From NCBI GenBank assembly GCA_021325135.1, contig JAJPHT010000039.1:1-64000 (forward strand): DNA of 64,000 bases, given 5' to 3'. Origin of the DNA: Pseudomonadota bacterium (GTDB taxonomy: Archaea; Thermoplasmatota; SW-10-69-26; JACQPN01; JAJPHT01). A program made the translations under genes and the position numbers. The notes beneath the pieces are model-generated. The model was given only the letters and a program-made list of their open reading frames with translations, had not been told where the DNA came from and ran no database searches. This document shows positions 9,658 to 17,785 of this stretch, piece by piece (position 1 is the stretch's first letter; each line of letters starts with the position of its first letter).

Positions 9658-9900
9658 TCAGGCGAGGATGTTGCACGAGCCGGGCCCGAAGAGGAAGACC
9701 AGGGTGGCGCACGCCAAGGCCACGGCCGCGGTGCAGACGATGCCCACGACGCCGCCCCCACATGAGATGATGTAGTTCTCGGGGGCGCTCACGGAAAGCC
9801 CCGAGGCGGCAGCGGTGGGGGCGACGAGCAGGGCTGAGATCAGGAGGATGACGAGGATTCTCAAGGAATCACCGTGGGACGCATGGCGCGAGGGCATCAT
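9658..9900 (-). CDS. Small secreted 4-Cys hydrophobic peptide
   Basis: Signal LRILVILLISALLVAPTAAA, mature ...SCGGGVVGIVCTAAVALACATLVFLFGPGSCNILA; start may be TTG at 9864. Confidence 0.55.
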   Translation of the reverse strand: MMPSRHASHGDSLRILVILLISALLVAPTAAASGLSVSAPENYIISCGGGVVGIVCTAAVALACATLVFLFGPGSCNILA

Positions 9901-9939
9901 GGCTGTTCGCGTGGCACACTAGAGATTGGCTGTGAAATC

Positions 9940-11625
9940 CTACCCTTCCAGTTGATACTTGGTTATCGCGCGCCGGTACATGCGCTTCCAGAAGAGCGCG
10001 TTGATGAGGTAGATGAACGCGACCATGGAGAGCACGGAGAGCAGCAGGAGCGCGGGGTCGGGCGTCTCGAAGGTCGCCTTGTCGATGAGGTAGCCGATGC
10101 CGAACGTGTGATAGCTTTGTCCGCCGTACTTCTGGTACTCGCTCACGATGAGGGCGTTCCAGCCGCCGCCCCAAGCGGTGATGCTTCCCGTGACCAGCGC
10201 GGGCATCATGGCGGGGATCATGACGCGGCGCCAGAGGAGCCAGCCCTTGACGCCCTGCACCTCGGCCGCGCTGAGCAGGTCCGCGGGGACGAGGCGCGCG
10301 CCCGCGATGAGGTTGAACAGCAGGTACCACTGCATGCCGGTGAGCACGAGGAGGATGCTCGCGACGCCCAGGCCGCCGGTCACGCCCACGAGAAGGAGGA
10401 GGATCAGCGGGAAGAAGGCGACCGCGGGGATGCTCGCCATGACCTCGGTCAACGGCATGAGGATGCGGCTCGCCTTCTCGTTCCTCGCGATGAAGATGGC
10501 CGCGGGGATGGTCCACGCGAGGGTGATGCCGTAGGCGACGAGGAGGCGCAGCGTGCTCGCGAGGAGGGCCAGCGGGATGCTCGCCGTCTCCGAGGGCACG
10601 CCCGCGAGCAGCACGCGCACGAGGGCGGCGCCCACCAGCGCGGCGACGGCGAAGAGGAGCGCGCCGAAGAGCGCCGCCACGACGACGCGGCCCGCCTTGA
10701 GGACGCGCGGGTTGCGCATGCGCGCGTGGAGGCGCACGGGCTTCAGGCGGACGTCCTTGAGGATCGGGATGTCGGGCAGGCCGCCCTCGGTGCCGCGCAG
10801 GAGCCGGTAGAAGTCGAGGGCGCGGCTCCTGGGGTGCGCGGTGCTGCGCACCGACTCGAACTTGAAGCGCTCCCCCCACACCTGGAGCGGCCGCCACAGG
10901 AGAAGCTCGAAGGCCAGCACGGCGAGCACGAGCACGAGGATCCCCACGAGCACGCCGCGCACGTCGCCCCCGCTCGCCGCCAGCGAGATGTAGGAGCCCA
11001 GGCCCGGAAGCTGGAGGTCCTTGCCGTTGGCGCTGATGATCTCGCTGGCGGTGACGAAGTACCAGCCGCCGGCCCACGAGACGATGCCGTTGTAGACGAG
11101 CTTGGGCACGCACGCGGGGAGGATCACGCGGCGCAGGCGCATCCAGCCTGCGGCGCCCAGGACCTCGCCCGCATCGTACGTGTCGCGCGGGATGGTGCTG
11201 ATGGACTCGTAGACGCCGAAGGCGAGGTTCCACGACTGGCTCGTGAAGATGAGGAACACGCTGGCGGCCTCCAGGCCCAGGATGCTCCCGTTGAACAGCG
11301 CGACGAAGAAGAGCACCGCGGCGGGGAAGAAGCCGAGGATGGGCACGCTCTGGAGCACGTCCAGCAGCGGGAGGAGCACCTTCGCGGCGCGCCTGCTCGT
11401 GGCGGCGGTGTAGCCGTAGGTGATGGCGAAGGTCAGCGAGAGGACGAACGCCAGCAGCATGCGCAGGATGCTTCGCGCCGCCAGGTAGGGCAGCCGCAGC
11501 GCGGAGCTTGCGTCGTCGCGCGCCCCCGCGCCCACCAGCGCGCCCACGAGCACGGCGAGGACGAGGACGCCCAGCCACGCGGCGGCGCGCTCGAACCTCT
11601 CCGGGATCACGCGCCGCGGGGGCAT
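9940..11625 (-). CDS. NitT/TauT family ABC permease (two fused BPD_transp_1 domains)
   Basis: LLDVLQSVPILGF, SWAGGWYF, WGGGWNALIVSE; about 12 TM helices. Confidence 0.92.
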   Translation of the reverse strand: MPPRRVIPERFERAAAWLGVLVLAVLVGALVGAGARDDASSALRLPYLAARSILRMLLAFVLSLTFAITYGYTAATSRRAAKVLLPLLDVLQSVPILGFFPAAVLFFVALFNGSILGLEAASVFLIFTSQSWNLAFGVYESISTIPRDTYDAGEVLGAAGWMRLRRVILPACVPKLVYNGIVSWAGGWYFVTASEIISANGKDLQLPGLGSYISLAASGGDVRGVLVGILVLVLAVLAFELLLWRPLQVWGERFKFESVRSTAHPRSRALDFYRLLRGTEGGLPDIPILKDVRLKPVRLHARMRNPRVLKAGRVVVAALFGALLFAVAALVGAALVRVLLAGVPSETASIPLALLASTLRLLVAYGITLAWTIPAAIFIARNEKASRILMPLTEVMASIPAVAFFPLILLLLVGVTGGLGVASILLVLTGMQWYLLFNLIAGARLVPADLLSAAEVQGVKGWLLWRRVMIPAMMPALVTGSITAWGGGWNALIVSEYQKYGGQSYHTFGIGYLIDKATFETPDPALLLLSVLSMVAFIYLINALFWKRMYRRAITKYQLEG

Positions 11626-11673
11626 CGCCCCGGCAGCCTGCGGGGGCGATTTGAACCCCTCGGGAGGCGCGGC

Positions 11674-12603
11674 TCAGAGCAGCCCGACGAGGGCGAGGAA
11701 CTGGGGGTGGTCCTTGAGGCCGGCGAAGGCGTCGTCCTCGGAGACGTCCTGCGCAAGCTCGGGGAGCGCCGCGAGGATGGGCGCAAGCTGGGCCATGGCC
11801 TCGGCGCTCTCGCCGACGCGGGCGCAGGAGCGGGCCAGCTCGAAGCGGTACGCGCCCTCGGTGGGCTCCAGCTCCACGGCGCGGGCCAGCGCGGCGCGCG
11901 CCTCGGCGTGGCGGTCCAGCCCCGAGAGGCAGACGCCGCGGCAGAAGTGCGCAACGTGGAGGCGCGGGTCCAGCACGAGCGCGGTGTCCAGCCACGCCAG
12001 CGCCTCGGCGAGCTTGCCCTCCTTCACGGCCGTCTGCGCGGCGCGCAGGAGCGAGGGCACGTCGATGGGGACGAGGTTGAGATGGACCTTGGGGGCCGCC
12101 TTGGGGACGCGCGGGACGCCCAGGGGCCGCGCGCCCACCGCGAAGACGGCACCCACGGCGACGACGCCCAGCAGCGCGGCGAGCCAGGGGCTGGCGCCCG
12201 CGGGGATGGGCGCCTGCGTCGCGGCGAGGACGACGGGCGCGGCCGACTCCTGGACGACGCCGGGGTCGATGGTGGGGTCGTGCAGGCGCCAGACGGTGGA
12301 CGAGGCGATGGGCTTGGGCGTCTCGGGCGTGGAGGTGGTGGGGTTCGACGCCGCGGGCTCCGGGTCGGGCGCTGGCGCCGCGGCGGGCTCAGGAGCCGGC
12401 GCGATGAGGTGCTCCTCGGGAAGCTGCGGCGGCGACGAGGGGGCTGGCACCGGCGCGGGCGAAGGCGCAGGGGCCGGAGGGGGCGGCGTGCCCCCCTGGG
12501 CGTGGCCGCGCTGCGGCGCCACGGTGGGCTTGCCCGCCACGGCCCCGCCGGCCACCGCAACGAGGAGCAGAAGGAGGGCGAGACCCAGGGCAGTCGACCG
12601 CAT
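11674..12603 (-). CDS. Membrane protein with Pro-rich extracellular stalk and cytoplasmic TPR domain
   Basis: Signal peptide, PA-rich region, TM WLAALLGVVAVGAVFAV, TPRs, C-terminal DDAFAGLKDHPQF. Confidence 0.75.
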   Translation of the reverse strand: MRSTALGLALLLLLVAVAGGAVAGKPTVAPQRGHAQGGTPPPPAPAPSPAPVPAPSSPPQLPEEHLIAPAPEPAAAPAPDPEPAASNPTTSTPETPKPIASSTVWRLHDPTIDPGVVQESAAPVVLAATQAPIPAGASPWLAALLGVVAVGAVFAVGARPLGVPRVPKAAPKVHLNLVPIDVPSLLRAAQTAVKEGKLAEALAWLDTALVLDPRLHVAHFCRGVCLSGLDRHAEARAALARAVELEPTEGAYRFELARSCARVGESAEAMAQLAPILAALPELAQDVSEDDAFAGLKDHPQFLALVGLL

Positions 12604-12806
12604 CGGCGCGGCACCGCGCCATCGATGCACGAACGCTGCGGAAAATTCCCCAGGGCCGAAACCGAAAATCCTTATGTGCAACCCCTTGGAGGCGCCCGCT
12701 TCGTGTTACCCTGGAGGGGTTGAGCCCTCCCGGGCGGAGCCGCCGCTGGGGCGCGAAGAATGAAAAAAGGAGGGTCGGGGGCGCGAGGCCCCCTGTTGGC
12801 TTCTCG

Positions 12807-12924
12807 GCTTCACTCAGCCGAAGAGCGCGCTTCGGCCGAATTCCTCTCCGCGGCGCCAAAGGCGCCGCGTCGGGTTCGGCCTCGTGCTCTCTTCGGCTTC
12901 GCTTCACTCAGCCGAAGAGAGCAC
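12807..12924. repeat. Duplicated rpl12 3' end with palindromic insert
   Basis: GCTTCACTCAGCCGAAGAG at 12807-12825 and 12901-12919; 15-bp inverted repeat 12884-12898/12910-12924; internal hairpin CGCGGCGCC-AAA-GGCGCCGCG. Confidence 0.75.
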
Positions 12925-13207
12925 CCAGGCCGGCCATCGCCTCTTCCTCGGAGGGGCCCTTCTCCTCGGGCCTCTCCTCGGCAGCGGGCGCGGCGGCGGC
13001 CGCGGGGCCAGCGCCGGCGGCGGGGGCCGCGGCGACGGCGGTCTTGATGGCCTCGTCGATGTCGACACCGTCGAGGGAGCTCACGAGGGCCTTGACGCGC
13101 GCGTCGTTGGCCTCGACACCGGCAGCCTTGAGGACGGCCTTGATGCCGGCCTCGTCGATCTTCTTGCCCGCAGCGTGCAGGACAAGCGCAGCGTAGACGT
13201 ATTCCAT
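12908..13207 (-). CDS. rpl12: 50S ribosomal protein P1 (archaeal L12)
   Basis: [19 protein letters not shown]... Ala hinge, C-terminal [13 protein letters not shown]. Confidence 0.97.
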   Translation of the reverse strand: MEYVYAALVLHAAGKKIDEAGIKAVLKAAGVEANDARVKALVSSLDGVDIDEAIKTAVAAAPAAGAGPAAAAAPAAEERPEEKGPSEEEAMAGLGALFG

Positions 13208-13303
13208 GTTTGACATCTCCTTAGGGGGTGCCCATACCCAGGGCGGGGGCGAGAGCCGCGCGAGCGGCGCTCTGGACATTCACAGACGATCCGCCGAAGC
13301 AGA

Positions 13304-14242
13304 TCATCCGAACAGCGCTCCCAGGCCAGCCATGGCCTCTTCCTCGCTGGGGCCCTTCTCCTCGGGCTTCTCCTCTTCCTTCTTCTCGGCAGAGGCGGCC
13401 TGGGGAGCGGCGGCCGCGGCGGCGGCGCGCGAGGCGAGAGCGTTCTTGAGGGCGTCGGACTTGGCGTCCTCGCTGAGCTTCCCGGCCACGCCGATGAGGC
13501 CCGAGTAGGCCTTGCCGATGAGGAAGGGAATCGTCGTCTTCGTGGGGTAGCCCGCGAAGACCGCGAGGTTGATCGCCTGGACGTGGGCCTGCTGGAGGCG
13601 CGCCGTCTCGTCCACCGCGAGCATGTCGCGGGTGTAGACGGTGCCGTCCTCGAACACGGCCTTGAGGTCCATCCCGACGGTCATCGGGAAGATCTCCAGG
13701 CGGGCCAGCATGGTGGCCAGGTCGGGCGTCGCGGCCTCGCCGGCCTTGAGCACGACCTTGTTCTGCTTGATCACGACCTTGCCCGCGTCGATGGCGGCGG
13801 GGATGCCCGCGCGCTGGAGCTCACCGACGATGGGGCCGGGCTTGAACTGCGTCTCGCCCTTCGCGACCGAGATGTCCTCGGGCGCCTTCTGGCCGATCTT
13901 GATCGGGGCCTTCGTCTTGGAGGCCTCGAGCCGGCGGTAGAGGCGGTGGGGCTTCATCTTGGTCGCGATGATCGCGGTGGAGCCGCCGATGTTCGACGTG
14001 AGGTTGTCGAGGCCCTTCTTGTTGGCGCCGACCTGCTTGAGGGCGAGCGTCAGGAGGGTATTCTTGCTGATCTTGATCGTCGCGTCCTCGCGCAGCGCCT
14101 TGCGCATGGCGTGCATCTGCGCGGAGGGGATCGCGTCGACGTTGGCCAGCCCGATGACGGGACTGTCCTTGAGCAGCGTCACGATCTCCGCCAGCTCCTC
14201 CTTCTTCCACTTGGCGACGTGGGCGTGGGCTTCGTCGGCCAT
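13304..14242 (-). CDS. rpl10: 50S ribosomal protein L10/P0 (archaeal)
   Basis: HVAKWKKEE, SKNTL, GETQFKPGPIVGELQRAGIPAAI, C-terminal AGLGALFG. Confidence 0.97.
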   Translation of the reverse strand: MADEAHAHVAKWKKEELAEIVTLLKDSPVIGLANVDAIPSAQMHAMRKALREDATIKISKNTLLTLALKQVGANKKGLDNLTSNIGGSTAIIATKMKPHRLYRRLEASKTKAPIKIGQKAPEDISVAKGETQFKPGPIVGELQRAGIPAAIDAGKVVIKQNKVVLKAGEAATPDLATMLARLEIFPMTVGMDLKAVFEDGTVYTRDMLAVDETARLQQAHVQAINLAVFAGYPTKTTIPFLIGKAYSGLIGVAGKLSEDAKSDALKNALASRAAAAAAAPQAASAEKKEEEKPEEKGPSEEEAMAGLGALFG

Positions 14243-14243
14243 C

Positions 14244-14885
14244 TCACATCACCTTCTCGGAGGGGCCCATCGTCGTCTTCACGAAGATGGACGCGATGTT
14301 CTGCTCGCCGCGCTCCAGCTTCTTGACGACGCGGTCGATGATCAGGAACGCGTTCTCCGTCAGGTCCTCCGCCGTCATCTGGCGGGTGCCGATGGCCGCG
14401 TGGAACGTGCGGCGGTCGCGGGAGCGGACGCGGACGGTGTTCTTGAGGTTCCGGACGATCGCGGCGGGGTCACCGGCGGGAGGCATCGGGCGGGGCATCT
14501 TGCCGCGGGGACCGAGGACGGTACCGAGCGTACGACCGATGGTGGGCATGAGCGGCGCTTCGGCCACGAAATAGCCCATCTCGTTGGCGAGCTTGCGGGC
14601 CCGGCGCTTGTCGCCGGAAAGCTCGTCGATCTGCTCGGGCACGACCACGACGTCCGCGACGGCCCGCGCGCGGGCCGCGAGTTCGCCCGAAGCGAACACG
14701 GCGACCTTGGGCGCCTTGCCGCGGCCCTTGGGAAGCTGGACCTCCTCGTCAACGCGGTTCTTCGGGATCGTGAGGTCGACGTTCTTGAGGTTGAACGCCA
14801 ATTCCACGCTCTCTCCGAACTTGCGCTCGGGAGCCGCCTCCAGGGCCTTCTTGACGGCCGTGAGGATGGCTGCCTTTTCTACCAA
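14244..14885 (-). CDS. rpl1: 50S ribosomal protein L1 (archaeal type)
   Basis: ERKFGESVELAFNLKNVD, LGPRGKMP, KTTMGP; 213 aa. Confidence 0.97.
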   Translation of the reverse strand: MVEKAAILTAVKKALEAAPERKFGESVELAFNLKNVDLTIPKNRVDEEVQLPKGRGKAPKVAVFASGELAARARAVADVVVVPEQIDELSGDKRRARKLANEMGYFVAEAPLMPTIGRTLGTVLGPRGKMPRPMPPAGDPAAIVRNLKNTVRVRSRDRRTFHAAIGTRQMTAEDLTENAFLIIDRVVKKLERGEQNIASIFVKTTMGPSEKVM

Positions 14886-14985
14886 GCTATCACCTGTGCC
14901 CGTAGTGTCGCGGTCAGAAAGAGCGCGGCGAGCCCGTCAGGGCTCTACTATGGGCAGCGCGCAGAGGAAAGGGGTGGTCTTAAAG
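14886..14985 (-). promoter_or_regulatory. TATA box and structured 5' leader of the rpl1 operon
   Basis: CTTTAAG on the minus strand near 14980; leader pairing GCCCATAGTAG...CTACGGGC, hairpin GAGCCC-TGAC-GGGCTC, SD AGGTGA. Confidence 0.55.
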
Positions 14986-15002
14986 GTTTGCCCGCAGCGG
15001 TC

Positions 15003-16253
15003 CTACCCCATCGCCAGCAGGAAATCCCCGGGAACGCCGCCCGTCCACGACACCGTGGCGCTCGTGGCCGCCGCCGGGACGGCGCCATACGTGGTCGCCC
15101 CCATGTGGTCGCAGCGCAGCGTCACGGCGCCCGCGGACCAGCAGACGGAGTAGTCGGAGGCGGGCGCGTTGGCGTAGACGAGGAGCGCGGAGTCGGGCCC
15201 GGGCGTGAGCGAGAAGAACTTCCCTTGGCACCCCGGAGGGACGGCGACGGGGGTCGCCAGCGCGGCGTCCGCTGCGGTGCCGTGGAGCGCCGCGCTGCAT
15301 CCGGGCGTGAAGGCCAGGAAGCGGTTCGCGGGCGCGCCGACGTCCCAGTGCGTCGCGAGGTAGGAGCCCGGCGCGGGGGCGGGGTCGAAGTAGTCGTCGT
15401 GGCCGCAGTCGAAGGGCGCGCCCACGGCGCAGGCGGTCCCCGAGTAGTCGGAGCGGCTGCCCCCGTCGGCGTAGCACATGATGTCGTTCCCGTCGTTGCA
15501 GTGGAACGCGCCCGAGGTGTGCTGCGCGTCAAGCTGCACGGCGCCCATGGTGTGGCCGCTCTCGTGGAGCAGCACGTTCCATCCGCAGCCGTACACGATG
15601 GCGAACATGTCGCCGCGGTTGTTGAGGTTGGCCGCGCCGGGGCGGCTGTCGGCGAAGATGGCGCCCTGGCCGCAGTAGCCCCCGACGCTTCCGTCGTACC
15701 AGACGACGTACTTCGTGTTGGCGTCGGAGTAGCCCCGCGCGTGCAGGTCGTTGACGATGCTGGAGTAGCTCGTGGCCGCGGCGGTGGCGCCGAGGTGCTC
15801 GATGGGCACGCTGGGCCGCCCGTCGGCGCCGCACGCGTAGGAGAGGCGGAGGCTCACGCCCAGGGCCGCGGCCTCGGCGCGCACGTGCGCGTTCGCCTGC
15901 TCGGCGTAGGTCTTCGCCGTCTCCACGCGCGTCGCGGAGCGGTCGACGCCGTCGGCGGGGTACGCGTACATGAGCTGCGCGCGCGGCGTGCCCGCGGGCG
16001 CGCACGAGACGGGGAGCGGATCGGGGTTGGGCGGGATGGAGACGCCGACGCTGGCGGGCTCGGCGGGGTCGGGCCCGTGGGTGAGGACGGAGGTCCCGTC
16101 CGCGAGCGCGACGAGCCACCCCCCTTCGACGGGGCACGAAGGGCCCTGGTAGGGCACGAGGGTGAATCCCGGGCAGGGGGCCGCGTCCGCGGCGATCCCG
16201 AAGGAGCCGAGGGCGGCCGCGACGAGGACGAGGGCCAGGGTGGGCGCGCGCAA
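15003..16253 (-). CDS. Secreted zinc metalloprotease-like protein (HExxH)
   Basis: Signal peptide; LLHESGHTMGAVQ, HCNDGNDIMCY, FDCGHDDYF; TTG start chosen within ORF 15003..16649. Confidence 0.8.
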   Translation of the reverse strand: MRAPTLALVLVAAALGSFGIAADAAPCPGFTLVPYQGPSCPVEGGWLVALADGTSVLTHGPDPAEPASVGVSIPPNPDPLPVSCAPAGTPRAQLMYAYPADGVDRSATRVETAKTYAEQANAHVRAEAAALGVSLRLSYACGADGRPSVPIEHLGATAAATSYSSIVNDLHARGYSDANTKYVVWYDGSVGGYCGQGAIFADSRPGAANLNNRGDMFAIVYGCGWNVLLHESGHTMGAVQLDAQHTSGAFHCNDGNDIMCYADGGSRSDYSGTACAVGAPFDCGHDDYFDPAPAPGSYLATHWDVGAPANRFLAFTPGCSAALHGTAADAALATPVAVPPGCQGKFFSLTPGPDSALLVYANAPASDYSVCWSAGAVTLRCDHMGATTYGAVPAAATSATVSWTGGVPGDFLLAMG

Positions 16254-16318
16254 GGGAGAAGCCTCGGCGTGCCCACCCGGGGCCGGACCATAACAGCTGT
16301 GCCGAGACCCTAGCTGGA

Positions 16319-16639
16319 TCAGGGCAGCACGACGGTCTTCTGGGCGGCGCAGGAGACGTGCCCCGGGAGAAGAGGCGTCGGCGGCGTCACCTCGTAGGTC
16401 GTGCAGACGTAGGCCGTGCCGCCGAAGCAGCTCGTGCCCGTGAAGCCCGCGTAGGCGCCGACCTTCTCGGTGGGCAGCGTCTTGCACGCGATGATCGGGT
16501 CGAGGCACGCGAGGAGCGAAGGCCCGCAGGGCGGCGGGCAGCCCCCCGTGCTCTCGGGGCAGATCTGGGCGGACGCCAGCGGCGCCACGGGGGCGAGCGC
16601 AAGGACGGCGAGCGCGGCGAGGAGAAGGGCGCGGAGCAT
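16319..16639 (-). CDS. Small secreted 8-Cys protein
   Basis: MLRALLLAALAVLALAPVAPLASA signal then 8 Cys in about 82 aa. Confidence 0.7.
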   Translation of the reverse strand: MLRALLLAALAVLALAPVAPLASAQICPESTGGCPPPCGPSLLACLDPIIACKTLPTEKVGAYAGFTGTSCFGGTAYVCTTYEVTPPTPLLPGHVSCAAQKTVVLP

Positions 16640-16650
16640 CCCTCTCCACC

Positions 16651-16893
16651 TCACGGCAGCGTCGCGATGGGCTGGCAGCTCCAGCCGACCTCGTGGTGGA
16701 CGACGGTGCCCTGGCACTCGTACAGGGTCACGCTGTTGCCGCACTCCGCGCCGGTGCGCACGTCGGCGACGTGGATCATGCCGACGCTGACGTTGAGGTA
16801 GCCGCACACCGCGGACGCGGTGGGGACGAGCGCGGTGGTCGCGCCCAGCGTCGCGCCGATCACGAGCAGGCTGAGGAGAAGGGTGGTCTTCAT
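16651..16893 (-). CDS. Small secreted 4-Cys protein
   Basis: MKTTLLLSLLVIGATLG...PTASA signal; GGAGG upstream. Confidence 0.7.
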   Translation of the reverse strand: MKTTLLLSLLVIGATLGATTALVPTASAVCGYLNVSVGMIHVADVRTGAECGNSVTLYECQGTVVHHEVGWSCQPIATLP

Positions 16894-16963
16894 GAGTGGC
16901 CTCCGCGGCCGCCACGCACGCGGCGCGCCATAATCCCTGCGGAGGCGCACCCGGACGGGGACC

Positions 16964-17731
16964 TCAACGGGTCAGGCTGCGCATCAACGTCTCGGGCGTG
17001 ATGATGCCCAGGACGCGGGCGTCGCCGTTGCTCACGATGGCGTAGTCCCAGCTCTCCAGCGCGCGCTCGACCTCCTCGAACGTCGCGTGCGGGGGCACGA
17101 TGCCCACGGGCTCGTCGGCGAAGCCGGACACGGGGTCCTTGAGCGGGTGATGGCGCTCTCCGATGGCGTCCATGCGCCCCTTGTCGCCGTTGTTGGCGCC
17201 CAGCACGACGACGTCGCGCCGGTGGATGACGCCGCGGATGCGCCCGTCGCCGTCCAGCACGGGCAGGTGGTCCACGTACTCCTGGGAGAACGCGTGCAGC
17301 GCCTCGCCGAGCGTCTGCTCCATGCGCAGCGTCGCGATGGGGACCGCCAGGTCGCGCGCCTTCCGATCGGCCGCGCCGCGCTCGCGCGCGACGTCGATGG
17401 CGCTCACGTACCCCGCGAGCTTGCCCTTCTTGTCCTCGATGGGGAGGAACGCGGCGCGAAGCTCCGCCATGCGGCGCGCGACCTCCTCCAGCGACGCGGT
17501 CTCGGGCAGCGCGCGCGTGACGAGCGAGTAGCTCTCGACCTTCGCGCGCTCGTCGAGCCGGCGGCCCGTGGTGATGGCGCGGTCGTTGACGAGCCCGAAG
17601 GGCCTGCCCTCGTCGACGACGATGGGCAGCGTGTCGGTGTCGCCCTTGATCCAGCCCATGACGGAGTGGATCCCGTCGCGCTTGTCCACGGCCTTGAAGT
17701 CGGTGCGGAGGAAGGGGCCCAGCTCGCTCAT
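16964..17731 (-). CDS. CBS-domain protein (four CBS repeats)
   Basis: LPIVVDEGRPFGLV, LPIEDKKGKLAGYVS, LPVLDGDGRIRGVI, VLGIITPE. Confidence 0.88.
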   Translation of the reverse strand: MSELGPFLRTDFKAVDKRDGIHSVMGWIKGDTDTLPIVVDEGRPFGLVNDRAITTGRRLDERAKVESYSLVTRALPETASLEEVARRMAELRAAFLPIEDKKGKLAGYVSAIDVARERGAADRKARDLAVPIATLRMEQTLGEALHAFSQEYVDHLPVLDGDGRIRGVIHRRDVVVLGANNGDKGRMDAIGERHHPLKDPVSGFADEPVGIVPPHATFEEVERALESWDYAIVSNGDARVLGIITPETLMRSLTR

Positions 17732-17785
17732 CGTGAACACTGGCCTCCGATGAGGGATAACCCTGTCGAGTCCCCGCAAAAAGGC

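Noticed and set aside
12908-13370. Near-identical sequence at the ends of rpl10 and rpl12
   Set aside because: This is the known shared C-terminal stalk motif of archaeal P0/P1, not a mobile repeat.
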